A stretch of DNA of 64,000 nucleotides from Catajapyx aquilonaris (GCA_000934665.2 KZ538224.1:62001-126000); one strand, 5' to 3'; positions 51,553 through 64,000 are shown, numbered from the stretch's first letter. Notes: a model not told the origin generated them from the sequence alone. A program made the numbers and translations.

Positions 51553-54500
51553 CTGCGAAAGACGGGAAAAAAGGGTAGAAGTGGTAGAGAACGAGAAAAA
51601 AAAATTATTCACGTCGCATTTATCAAGCTTCGAAAAGGAGAAATTCTACCGTAGGAAGGAAAAAAAAATATACGGGAGACGGCCTTTCAAATATTGAGTC
51701 TGCATCCGGACTTTTTAGGAAGGGAAAAAAGATGGGGGAATTAGGAGGAGCCTCCTTCTCTTTTTTTCCTTTGCCACGCTTCGTAGATCAAAGTGTTTCC
51801 TCATATTTGCTGACGGTATGGCTTCCCGATCGTTCATGCTTCATCTGAAAATGGATGACAATATCCAAGGGTCCCATTGTTTCGAGCCCTGGAGGGTAAG
51901 ACTACAATGAGATTAGAGGCTGCTTTTCTCTTTTGGTCCAGACAGGGGTTGAGGTAATGACAAGGACACGTATTGTAAAAATAATTAAAATTGTTGAAAA
52001 TTAGCCAAAATGGTTGAAACTGTTTGAACCATTTTGGTGAGGTAAACATGAGTTTACTTGACTGACTATTTCGCAGCGATTATTGTAAAGAAGAATCTGA
52101 TAAAATATGTAGATTCGCAACAACAGGACGAGGCCTTTCTGCGTGTCATAGACCCTGAATCGAGTCCATGTCCAGGTTAGCTCCGACACCAATGAACCGA
52201 AGGACCCAAACAAATCGTATCGCTTTCTTTTATCCTTTCCCAGCGAATCAGAGTATATATATATATATATTTTTCCTCCTGTGATTGGACCCCGCCCCTT
52301 CTTTTTTTTCTTATTTTTTCCTCATTTCCCTTTTTCCTCCTTCCTCCGATCGTCCCAAAGTCAGTTTCGCTTGGCAGCAGCTTGCCTTTTCCCCCAAACT
52401 TCCTCCTTCCAAACACAATTTTTTTCTTTCTTTTTTCTACCCCCCTCCCAGACCAAACTGGGAAGACAGATTTGACTGGGGTGTATCCGGGCGGGCGGGG
52501 GAATCTGGGCCTTAAAATGGGCCCGGAAGGTGCATCCCTCGGGTGCAACCAGGCCATGCTGATGGCCTCGAAACGCGCAAAATGGGAAGGAGAACGCTTC
52601 AATCTCTTAAAGGACTCGGCCGCTGAAAGGATTACACTGCTATAGACCAACCTTAATGCCCTTCCCTCCTCCTCCCAGTTGGTTTACAACCCCACCTCAA
52701 AACGTGGCCCCATATTTAGCAAGAGGGCCAGCTTGCATTCAAAACGACCACCTTGTAATTAGTTGTGTGGGCTGCAACCATTTATATTTTTGCACTGACA
52801 GAATTTTGCGAAATTGTTGCATAAGGTGCATCAACAGCTTGCGGTATGCTCTGCTTAAAATTCGATAAATTTTGAGCTGCTTTAGATGTGTAATATTAAT
52901 GTCCCCGTCATGGATTCAATGCACGACCTACCCTCTACTCTGCTGGTTCAACTCTGAACCGGCAGCGTAGTAAGAAATGAACGTCAGTGTCACCCGGAAA
53001 TGGAATTAGCGTCCGACTTTGTCCGGTCGCCAGAGCGACATAATTGGCAATGCGAGGTGAGCAACCCAAACTCTCCCAAGAAGTAAAAAAAAAAAAGTGG
53101 GGGGCAAAGAAAAAAGTTGTGTGAAGGCGAGGCAATAAACCAGGATTGGGTGTGTGGCGGGGGTCATCCGAAGCAGCCCAGGGTTAAAATATCAATCGTG
53201 GAGATGGGTGTGAGAGAGAGAGAAAAAACGAAGGAAGAACCGGGCCTGGTTCCAGATTCGGCCTCCGGAATCCTTTATGGCCGTGGGGGACCCGGAGACA
53301 TGGCAGGAATGGAAAAGGCAAAGAGCTCCCAAAATCTCAGTTCCATCTGTCAGGGCAATGCGGCGGAACTGGTGGTCGTTGGATCCATCCGGGGGACATT
53401 TTCTATTTTGTCCTCTCTATACCCCTACCACCCACCAGTAGCACCATCCTGTCAAAAAAGATGCGATTGTGTGACATGTGTGTGTGTGTCTATGTTACGT
53501 GTGGCCCCCTTTGCTATACTTGCAGGTTGGCAGCTGCGAACTATGGATATATATATAGAGAGAGCCCCAATCATACCCAGACCGTAACGCATATCAACTC
53601 ACGTGTAATGGACTAGGAGTTTGGTAAAAATTGGGGGGAAGCTTTTCATTCAGGCTGGGGGTGTCTCTCACACGAATAATGTCAAAGCCATGCGGGAGAT
53701 GGGTGAGCTTCGCTAGTTTACAGCTGTAGTAACAGTTTGGACTGAGTAAAAAAAAGCGAGTGGTTTGCATACACAAACCTTTTGGTAATGAGTCAGTTTA
53801 TTTTTGTGCCACTTTTCTAGCCAGGGGGGAATTGAAAGGACGGAATTTTCAGATAAATCCGGATATTAGCAGCGATTCTACCAATCTTTTACCTGGCCGT
53901 TAAGAACTAGCTGTAGTTTAAACGCGTTTCATTTCTCATTTAATTTAGCTTTATTTACACGGTCGGCCTGCAGCCATTTGGTCTATAATTACACAGAAAT
54001 GAAACATATTTGCACAATATATTCATTCATGCAATTTCGGCTATAAATAGATTCTTCCATGTGTACGAATAAGTAAAAAGTAGAATAATTGTCAGAGTAC
54101 TGGGTTACAGCGAACAATCCATTTTCAGGAATATATTGTAAGGGTCTGAGTAAAGTTTAAATTGAGGCTGATGAGGTTACAAAAAAAAAATCCAGAGCTC
54201 GATGCAATTTCGGTTATAAATTCATGTTGCTCTCTGCATATAGACTCGTAGCTAAAGTATATAGGCTACCGGGTTGTAAATTTGAACACAGGTTATTAAA
54301 TATTTGCTTTGTGTTGAGTACCTGCAACTAGCTAGAAGCATAGAGTGTGATAATAATGTACAGTGATGCTTTGTGCATTGTCCCCAAGTTTGGGGCAATC
54401 TCTGCCTGAAATAAATGTGTAGCGGATTTTAACAGGAAGATTATTAACACTGATTCATATTAGGAAACGGGAATACTGTACTAGGCGCATTTTTTGTTTG

Positions 54501-54889
54501 CAAAAATCCATGATTATGTATGAGTGACCTAGACAGTGTTTAACATGTGAGCGGTAACGTATAACAAAGTACAAAATAATGTACAGTTAGCCGTTTCCAG
54601 AGGCCCTCCCGTTAATAGCAAACTGTAATCAGCCGTTGGTCAAGGCCTCCCCCCAGTAATATATATTCCAGCCGGAAATGCCCGCGGGGCAATTACGTTA
54701 TTGTTCGCAATTTTTCGAGTATGAAAAGCATTTTCATTTGCTGAATGACAAAACGGTGTTCTCTATAACGCAGCTGGAATAGTTTTTAATGCCTCTGTGT
54801 CCTGATTCCGGTGCGATGGAAAACACAACACAGTGGCACGATTTCCATTTTTAAACAAGGTTGCCAGCAGTGTATTATGACTATAGGTG

Positions 54890-55164
54890 TTTTTTTTTAA
54901 ACGAGCGCAACCGAGTGGGCACCCACACTCGCGCAGCTCCATTGTTCTGACAACAACGTTACCCGCTCCCCAGGAGCCCAAAAATAATTTGACACACCCG
55001 TAGCTTCTTCTTTGGCAACTTCGCAAACGCGGCCATATTGTTTCCCCCGGCGCTGGAAATAAGTACAGCGTAGTAGTACTACACCTACTATACAGAGAGT
55101 TTACCAACTATCATTGATAATGCCAAACGTGCACTATGGACTCGGTTGCATTCGTAAAAAAAAA
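54890..55164 (+). mobile_element. Family C MITE
   Basis: ttttaaacgagcgcaaccgagtgggcacccacactcgcgcagctccattgttctg ... actcggttgcattcgtaaaa. Confidence 0.8.
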
Positions 55165-55188
55165 TCATCAATTATGTATAAAGATTAA

Positions 55189-55411
55189 TTTTTTACGAGC
55201 GCAACAGAGTGACACATTTCGCGCAAATGGTTTCCAACACTACGCTTGAGGAGGTAACAATAAGGCCGAGTTTTGCGACGTTGCCAAGGCTCTGGAACGA
55301 ATCCTAGAGGCTACCGGTGTAAATTTGCCCCCTGAGGAGTAAGTGGCAACATTGTTGTTGGAACAATGGACTTGCGCGATTATGGGTGCGCATTCTGTTG
55401 CTCTCCTAAAA
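55189..55411 (-). mobile_element. Family C MITE, inverted relative to the adjacent copy
   Basis: ttttacgagcgcaacagagtg ... tgcgcattctgttgctctcctaaaa TIRs. Interior (ctacgctt, gacgttgccaa, gaacaatgga, gcgcga) is the reverse complement of family C. Confidence 0.75.
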
Positions 55412-58400
55412 TAAATTCATCTATTGCATCATGCTCGTGTATTTGGCGAAATTATCCCACTTTCGTACTTGCATATATTTTTTTTTTGCAGAACTCTCTC
55501 CTCGACTATTGGAAATGTCCCAATAGCCAATTGTCAATTCAGACGTTTCCCCCTCGCGGAAAATACACACACAAACTTGCTAATCGAGTTGCAGCCGGTT
55601 GGAATTAGCGCACCGATTAATTCAGTTATGGTATCAATAATTTACTCCTGGAGCCCTGTTCTGTCCGAATAAATGCAACGCGTGTCGGTCACACCCCTTC
55701 AAGTGTCACCGAGCCTCGATTGAAATTAGCCTCTCGGATAACACAATCAGTGAAGCGTGGACCAATGGATTGCCAATTAAGCGAAAGGACCGGACGATTA
55801 AAAACCACTCTCAATTACTTGGGGGGTGGTGTCGTTGTTACCTGTAATCCTCTCCCCCCCCCCCCCTCGGAAGGATTTGCCCCCGCAACTATTTTGCGGA
55901 ATTCATACCCAACCCTTGGGACCAACTTGCTTAATTTCGGACATTCAGATGCAAATTATTCCAGTCCTCATCCCCCTTCACAATGCAAGTCCTGAGCCCA
56001 GTCCTGGATACTTGGAGGGTAAGCGAGGTTGCGAAAATTATTTTAGCACTAACGGCTCTGTCAGCTCGAAAATTTTTCGCAAATGTTGGCCCCCCAGCTT
56101 TTGCAGTATGTCGGCACACATTGCAAGCAGTTATACGGTCAGAATGAGGCCTACTTCTGATTCGCTGATGTGAGTTTCTTGCGTCATATGCGGCCCGATA
56201 TGGCAACGTGGGCAAGGCTTGGAAATAAAATAACCGTGTATCAGCAAACAGTTTGCGAGCAGTTGGATTATCTGGCAGCAGTGCTACGGGGGCCATCTGA
56301 GAGCGATTTGGATTCCAGACGTCCGCCCCTTTTAGTTTCTTTTTGGTGCGGAAGGTGATGGGAGGCAGTTCCCTTTGCGTAAAATCTTTCAAGTCTTCTA
56401 ATGCTTCCCAAACACGGCAGGGAATGCGCCCTCAACTTTTCAATCATCATTAACCCTGTTTACTCTACCCCACCATTCAAAGTACAGGGCCCCCGTGATC
56501 GGGGCTATTTCGTCTCCCATGTCTGTCTCTCGACCGGTTAAAACCCGTCGACGTAAATGGCGTCATTGGAAATTAAGGTGTGACATTTTTACGGTTGGAG
56601 CTAACGAGCTTAGGTAGTTGGCGGTGAATGTGCCTTGCACTAGGTACTGGTCTTAAGAATCGAATGAAAGTGAATTTTATATCACATTGTATTTTTATGG
56701 CCATGACCTCTTCATGCTAAGTATCTGGGAGTGATTTTTCATTGATTCCTGGTACCCATGAATGGTCTTCAACTACATTTGGACATGGTCAATAATAAAT
56801 GATACAGTCATTACCTAATTTGATTAATATTCGTAATTTATTTTGGTATTAATTTATTTTATAATTAATTTTAGTTTGTTCATAGACTGCTCTCTTCATG
56901 TTTATTTAATTTACTTATTGATTATTTCATTATTTCAATTTTTTGTTTATCTAATGATTATTTAATCGATTTAACCTGATTATTTTTATGATCAAGTGTA
57001 ATGAAATAATTTTCGACCAATTTTAACGAGAGCTACGTATACAGATTGGTAAATAAAGTAGAAAAAAGCCCCCAAAAATATATTTAAATTCATATGGGAA
57101 TTACTGGAGCATGATGTGTATTCGCAATGAACATTTGTTATTTTCATCTCCATTTTGGCATAGTTTACCTTCTGAATAATATGTTCGGTTCGGACACTAA
57201 AGTTAGTGCATTTTGAATTGCTCACCCGCAATTTTGGACTGTTCCGGAAGGAAAATTACTTCCGGAGCACCTGCACTTTGCGAAAGTGACTTTCAATATT
57301 AAATTGTTCCATCGAACCCACTCGTTTGCCTTCTAGAGACGGTGGCATAGTGAGGGACCTTCTGAACCAACAATCAAGGCCTTTGCAATATTCATGGCAG
57401 CCAAGCCTTTAGGATGATAGGTTACGATCGCGTAAATGGTAGTCCGAAAAATGAAGTTGATATTGATTCACTCGTATAATACCGCTATGTGACATTGCTT
57501 TGCTATCTCAATCTCTTTGTCGCCCAATATAATGTATAGTTCAACTTTTGCATGCGTGTTTGTCTCACCGCCAGTAAAACGCGAATTTTCCCAACAATTC
57601 TAAGCAAATCCCCCCCTGAACCCTGAAAGAGATAAGTTTTGCCCAGATAACGACAGTGGCATAAATGAGAAGCAGCCAATAAAGAGGGGTTGGGTGGGAT
57701 GGAAGCAACAACAAAGAGCATTAGAGGAAGGAGGAGGAGATACGTCACTGTCAGCAGCCGACCTGTGTGGTGGATCCCCCCCTCCACACGATACTTCGTG
57801 GCGAGTAATGCACGAACAACTTTGCATGATGGGGGACCCCGGTAACGTGACATTTTTTGGGGGGGTTTATTCAGCTTCATAGTCCTGCTCCTCAGGTGCT
57901 GGGAAGGGAAGATATTACCCTTCATCGTGTGAGGGTTGGGTAATATATCGAGGTACTATGGGAGACTACAAGTCTGGGGCTTCGAACTGGCCGCGCGGGG
58001 GATATTATACAATGTGATCAGAGGGAATTGAACGTGACTAAAACTATCGCATAATGTATGATGCCCTAATGTATTGACTTATGTGAAACGTTTATGATGA
58101 CATGACACCACTGCGATTTGAAATGCGATTAATTGCAGTTATCAATTTCAAATAACGCTGTCAGCAGCGCTAAGCATTTATTATTGATCGCGTTAAAATG
58201 TACAGATTTACCATGGTCAGGCGATTTCAATTTTAATCTGCGCGGGTACAATATATACGAGTTCATGAATGTTTAATACAATTACGATGTAATAACAGAT
58301 AGTGCAATGTACGCAAGTTTAATGAACAATATCTTGTTTGGATTTGGAAGAGTGTTCACACGGGCATCGTTGTCGTCGTTGTATTATTCAGACGTAACAC

Positions 58401-58839
58401 ATACGTCATATCGGATGCGAGAGTAATTAGCGTGACGTCACACTCAATAACAACAGGTCATTTTTAGTTAATAGTGCCCACCGGTCACATTGCACGCAAG
58501 TAGTACATTATTATTTTTCAATTCAGTGCCATGCGTATAATGAAGCAATAAGCAGCGTAATTATTTCATAACACGCCCATCGGTTCGCCCCATGCGGTTA
58601 ACCTCAATTAAGGGGTCGGGCATGAGTGTCGCATCAATCATTCCATGGTCACAAATATTGAAGAGAGTCCGTGTCACTGAACCATGTAATCCGATTTTGA
58701 TGTCATCCTTCAGATCGCAGTAAGAATTTTGCAACCTTGAAGTAAACAAGGTGGGTCAGAAATGATGCAGAAAATTTGGCTTCATCAGGTTGTTTCCCCA
58801 AGCGGAAAAGATCAAAATCGCTGAAGAGTTCTTTCATAC

Positions 58840-59050
58840 ACTGTGAAACAAGTTTCAGTAGTCTCCCAGTAGTCCGGAAATGGGTTAGGCAGGCGGGACA
58901 AACATACCAACAAACTTTCGTTTTATATCAGTAAAGCAGAAAGTTTGTTGGTATGTATGTATGTAACTTATATAAAGGAGAAAGTGCGTTAGGAAGGTGG
59001 GACAAACATACCAACAAACCTTCTGCTTTATATACATAATTATATAAAGA
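58840..59050 (-). mobile_element. Helitron-like family B 5' region, present as a triplicated module with the middle copy inverted
   Basis: Minus strand starts A|TCTTTATATAATT...taaagcagaaggtttgttggtatgtttgtcccacc; homologous to 11864-11960. Confidence 0.65.
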
Positions 59051-60527
59051 TGCGATGACAAATTATAGGCGTTTCCTGATAAGGGTGTAACTGTCTCCCT
59101 GGAACACCCTGTACACCTGCCGTGATATCCCGGTCTCTGAAAGTTCCTTGGCAGAGGTACATTACGGGAGCTAGAGAGGAAAAACATTAAGTTACGAGCG
59201 ACCCGGGGATTACGCTCCTTTGTCATGCAAGGAAATATTAAAATGCTACCGAAGAGGGACGAAGGCCCTGGCGACATACATTTCTCGGGCCAAAAGGCAA
59301 CGGGGGTATAATGCCACTTCTTTTTATAGCCAAGCAGCAATTATGATGGACATGGCACGTGATAATTTCATTTCTCGTACTGCACGACCACAGATAAGGG
59401 TTCAAAATGCAAGGAGAGACACTGGTTTTCTGCTGGACAAGAGTGATGCCTCGCCCTGGTGGACCGGATCTGTCACGAGTGTTTTACCGCGACCACTGGC
59501 CGATGCCTCTCTCTTGGCAAACGCGGGGCAAACTTCCAGCACACAATGTAAAACTAGTGGCCGCCAGAGACCGGATTTCTCTGCCAAGGTACCAAGTTGC
59601 AGGGGAAAGGTGCTCGGGGACTCCCCGAAACCGCGGGTCTCCAGAGTCCCCCCTTGGATAGACGGATCGGGGTGGGAGTCCGGAGTAATTTGCATTGAGG
59701 ACTGGGTTTTGGTGCGGGACTGGGGTTTCAATAAATCATGCGCTGCCCACTGGTCGGGCCGGACCCCCGACTGGTGGACTCAAAAATTAATGGGTATTGT
59801 CACCCATAAATGGCTGACACCTTCACACATGGATTCGCTGCGGATGTGTTTGTTGCAAATGACAGTTTAAATTATATACAGGGTGGGCGGCCGGTATTAA
59901 TTTAAATCACGGACTGTTGTTCGATACTGCAGTGGCAGTAAACAGTGGAATCAGCGCAAGAACGAGCCAAGTCCCAAGTTCGCAAATTTTGCAAGTTCGT
60001 CGAATAAAATTAGCGACAAAAGAACCGGTTTTTAAACTCGATTTGTCGTCTAACTTGGTCTTAGCCGTTGGGGGTATTAAAGTTAACTTCGACACCAAAT
60101 CCCCCATGGATGAATCTGGCGTCATGCAAAAATCTAGGCCATACCGGCTCCTTTATTGCAAAATTTATTAGCGCACTTTTTTTGCGCATTGCTGTGAATG
60201 AGGAGGCGAATGGTCTTTAGCGAGAGAAAAGTAATCCTGTAGCGCAATTTATTGTCCCACTTGTAAATGGGGGGAGAAGTGGAAGCACGAAATGAATAGC
60301 TAGCGGCAGTGGGGAAAAGAAAAATGATCGGCTGCGAGTTTTAGCTCTGGTAAAATGGGGGAGTGGCCTCTCTCTTCTCTCTTTGCCTCAGGATAGAATG
60401 GGGGGAAATGGAGAGCAAACGTGGCATGAAAAGGGCCCTATTCTTGCAGTCGGGATGGGAGTCCAATGAGCCGGGAGACGATTGGCCTTACTCTCTTTTC
60501 CACCATCGCATCGTCTAAAGGCTGATG

Positions 60528-61392
60528 AAAATGTGGCAACACTGCCCTGGCTTCCTGAGACTGTCCGCGTAGTACCTTACTTCGCCAATAGATGGCGCAC
60601 CCACCCTCTCTGCACACTACTGCTACTCTCACGCCCATGCGGGGGAAAGTTGTACTACAGTTGACTCCGGATATAGCAGCCTCTGTTATAACGGACTTTC
60701 GGGTTATAACAGACTCCGAAAGGCCGGTCCCGGGATACTTTCATAAGGCCCTGTATATTTTTACTCCGGATGTAACATACTCGTTTTCACCTCACCTCGG
60801 CTATAACCGAGGGGGTAACCACTTCCTGGAACCGGTGTACAGGGTCCCTGTGGAACCTGCCTGGAACCTGCCTGGAACCGGGTTGGAACCGGCTGGAACC
60901 GCTGGAACCATCTGGAACCATCTGGTTCCAGGAACTGGTGTACACTTTTTCGGGGAGTGGTTATACCCCCTTGGCTATAACAGACCATTTTTGGCCCCTC
61001 GCTGGAAAATGTGTTGTTTTTGATTTTTCAACTTCCTTTCCCATGCGCAGGAAGGCAGAGAATACTGGATGGGGGTGATTTTCGCATCTGTCACTGATCT
61101 AAGCTACTTAAAATCATGCTTTTTCTGGTTTATTTGGCAACAAGGAGACGGCAAAGAAAATTATGGATTTTTAAGGTCCTGCCTAATTTACGGGTGGGCT
61201 AATTTTGCATTTTTGTGGATAATTTCATTAATAAATGCAGTAGTGTGCTGCATTATAAGCATGGAAAGCAGAAAACTTGTGTATTCGTTGCAAAAATGGC
61301 GATTTGGTTGTAACGGACTTTTTCCGCGGTCCCTCGAAGTCTGTTATATCCGGAGTCAACTGTATACATGCACCTGCCGGACCGCAAACAAA
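60528..61392 (-). mobile_element. Family A copy split by the pogo-like MITE
   Basis: tggcaacactg...tagatggcgc...ctctctgcacactactgc...gtacta before the insert, catgcacct after it; compare intact gtactacatgcacct at 47157. Confidence 0.75.
60658..61362. mobile_element. 705-bp pogo/Tigger-like (Tc1/mariner superfamily) MITE
   Basis: TA|CAGTTGACTCCGGATATAGCAG ... CTGTTATATCCGGAGTCAACTG|TA: 21/22 TIR with TA TSD. Repeated subterminal ggNtRtaacRgac motifs. No transposase ORF recognised. Confidence 0.88.
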
Positions 61393-64000
61393 ATGCGATT
61401 GGATCATGCGACCTAGATCAACACGCTGAAATCCATGGATGATCCAAAAGCCTTGGAACCAACAGCTGGGAGTGTAGACAAGTAGAAAAAAAAGAGGTGA
61501 GGTTCTGATAAAAATGATGAAGTGTAACGTCACGGCAATGAAACATCAACTAATCATTCGGGTGACTGAATGCTTGCCTTTCAAGGAAAAAAAAGGGGGG
61601 ATCCTTCGGAAAGGGATTTATTGCTTCTGGAGCGAGAGGAAAAATCCTGTCCTAGTTTGTACGAAGAAGAAGAAGGAAAAAAAGAGAAGAAGAAAATGAT
61701 GGAGTTATGGCCCTTTTCGCAAAGGAGCGGAAGGAAATTATCTTGTCGACGTGTTCTCATTGTGAAACCGGACGTGTATTTTCTCCCTTCCTTCACACCC
61801 CTTCGCGTAATCGTTATTTTTGTCCGAGACATTTCTGGTTCTCTGCTCGGCCTGAGAAATTCAGTGGCCACTAGTTCGAGGAAAACAGGTGCCCAGACAT
61901 GGCTGGATGCTTTTCAGAAACGAGTTTTTTTTTCGCAGAAATGGAATATTGGAGATGTGCTATACCGGCCAGCGACAAAAAATAATAGTTGGGCTTGTCC
62001 TGTCCTCAGCCACGTATCGCATCAAAAGTTTCTCAGACCTTTGCCCACAGAGCATTCAGCGACATGATGGCAATATTTTTTTTTTTTCTGTGTGGCCCCG
62101 AATGCTATTCAAATACTAAGGAAAGATTGCTTTTCATATGGCAGCAAACGTTGGAATTAATCCTATTTGAAAGGGGGATTGCGAAATCTTGGGGGCCGCG
62201 TAGTTCCGCAACTCCTGCCAAAAGTCGTGATGAAAAGCAACATTTTCCATATCTCAAAAGTACTTAGCGGTAATGTGTGGCAGTGCCATGGCGTGCAAAA
62301 TGCCAAATCTTGTTAGGGTCTTGTCGTTTTCGCGAAACACCAGGCATGACCTCAATATTTTCGGGCAAAAATTACAAAATAATTGCGGCAACCTTAGATA
62401 TGTTACTCTTCGCACCTTAATTTATTTCGCTGTTTTTATTTATGAGGTGCGGAAATAAAAGGCGAACATTGGCGAGATTTACGATTCGCATTTCCACCAA
62501 TAAATAGGCAAAAAAGCGAGTCGCAAAATTGAGCAAACGTCATAATATGCAAGGACGTAAATCATCATTCCACCGTGTCGCAAATGTTACGACTTCGCAG
62601 CCAGTTTTTATTTTCTCAGAATGGTAAATATTGCGATATTACTGTACCGACTGTGGGTATTGAGCCCCCAATTTTTTTTTACCTTTAAAAACACCTAACC
62701 CCGGGTACATGAACCCATGAGAGCATTCTGATTTCGGGAAGCCTGAGCAGGGTGCAATGAAAAGCGTCTATTTGTGAATCATGTTGTGGTAGTGGTATTT
62801 TGTGTTTGTGTTGTATGTGTAGTGACGGGGCTTGGGTTTCGGGCTGCGGAGAGAGGAGTTTGGCGAATAAATTTCCGAAGCGTGGTTTTGCAATCCGTCC
62901 AACCCTCCATTACTCCCGGCACCTGATTCAAACCCTTTCACCTCTAGATTGGCGAAAAAAGGGCTTAATGTACATTAACTGTAATTTTGAAAACCAATTA
63001 AATACGCTACTTATGAGCTGCTAACGTATATTCTATAGTAGCAGTCTCTATTTATAGCAACGGGCCAGCATTTCGAAATGAATGAGTTTTGGGAACAATG
63101 TTTCCTAGTGAAGTCGAGGATTCTTCTGCATGCCAATCGCTTTCGCCTTTTGGCTTTTCAATCATTTATGAGCGGAGGAGGGGACCGATGCTTTGCAATT
63201 TGCGGTCATGCATTCGTCATGGGCTTCCCACGCTCCAGATTGCGACATCGGATTTTGTTTAAATATTTCGCATCATCCCGCATCCGTGAGAAATCCGACG
63301 GGGGATGAACAGGGGGGTAACAACGGGACCTGGCTTACATTTTGGGATGCGGTTCGGCTTGGCTTGGTGTTCGCTTCATTTTTTAATGAGGCAGCTCGAT
63401 TTGATAAGTGATTCATCGGAATGGCTTGCAATTCTAGGGAAAGCTTATTTTTTGAAACCTCGCATCACTTTTAAAGTTATTCGATTTTAATGTCGCTTAG
63501 GTTGCCTTTATTTCCCTCATGGAAATCCTAAATTTTATTGGTTCCCATACATGCTACATAGTATATAAGATATTTAAGATTTAATGCTGATATTCCAAGC
63601 AAATATAATGAACTCTGCAAGTGAAATGATACAAAATGTATATTTACTGTAAACTCGAAAAATTGTGTTATTCCAACATCTAATTTGGACCTTTGCGCTC
63701 CCATATTCTGTGTCAGATATTAAATATGCATGAATTTTGTTGAAGTGCTTTACTCTGGGGAAATTTTTACTGCCATTGCGAAATCTTCGTATGAAAGCCA
63801 GGAAAAAACTTTGCAAATGTAGTGTACAGGCGACAAGGGCCGGGTGCATGTAACATTTTAATATGCGACTTTAGTAAAAAAAATTATGATGAATAGTTTG
63901 CTGTACTGTACAAGTCCACTTCTGGCAAAGAAATGAATACAACATTCATGACTTTTGGAATAATTCATCAAATTGCAGCTTAGGCGTACTGCACAGCGTC

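Noticed and set aside
51424..51612. Listed 62-aa ORF over the first discoidin exon
   Set aside because: Wrong frame; the DDR peptide is in another minus-strand frame.
57503..57925. Hydrophobic stretch LLTVTYLLLLPLMLFVVAS as the DDR signal-peptide exon
   Set aside because: It derives from a CT-rich low-complexity tract, with no well-placed ATG and no good phase-1 GT donor after it.
59220..59870. Longest ORF (216 aa) and overlapping ORFs
   Set aside because: No recognisable domain, non-ATG start and no convincing splice context; consistent with a chance ORF in a GC-richer patch. A BLASTP/Pfam hit would overturn this.

Overview
Eukaryotic genomic DNA, probably insect or other arthropod; no prokaryotic, phage or CRISPR features are supportable. 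Almost the whole window lies inside one minus-strand, intron-rich gene for a discoidin domain receptor (DDR family). Eight GT-AG exons (51450-51552, 41734-41965, 34886-35033, 26331-26507, 18094-18227, 15308-15512, 8815-8931, <1-133) splice in frame into a discoidin (F5/8C) domain, a discoidin-like domain, an extracellular stalk and a transmembrane helix followed by RRRK. The signal-peptide exon and the kinase exons are not seen in the window. The 2.6-9.5 kb introns hold many short non-autonomous elements: a Helitron-like family A (about 13 copies, carrying a strongly retained CTCF-like TAGATGGCGC core), a second Helitron-like family B, a ~270-bp TIR MITE family C (6 copies), a pogo/Tc1-type MITE with an internal foldback, CACTA-like, hAT-like and DINE-1-like pieces, and micro/minisatellites. 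The most notable patterns are repeated nesting of other elements into family A, tandem Helitron junctions, local inverted duplications able to form dsRNA in the pre-mRNA, and DDR residue differences relative to vertebrates. Almost all listed six-frame ORFs are judged spurious. Repeat boundaries were read by eye and are approximate. No clearly new biological system can be demonstrated from sequence alone.
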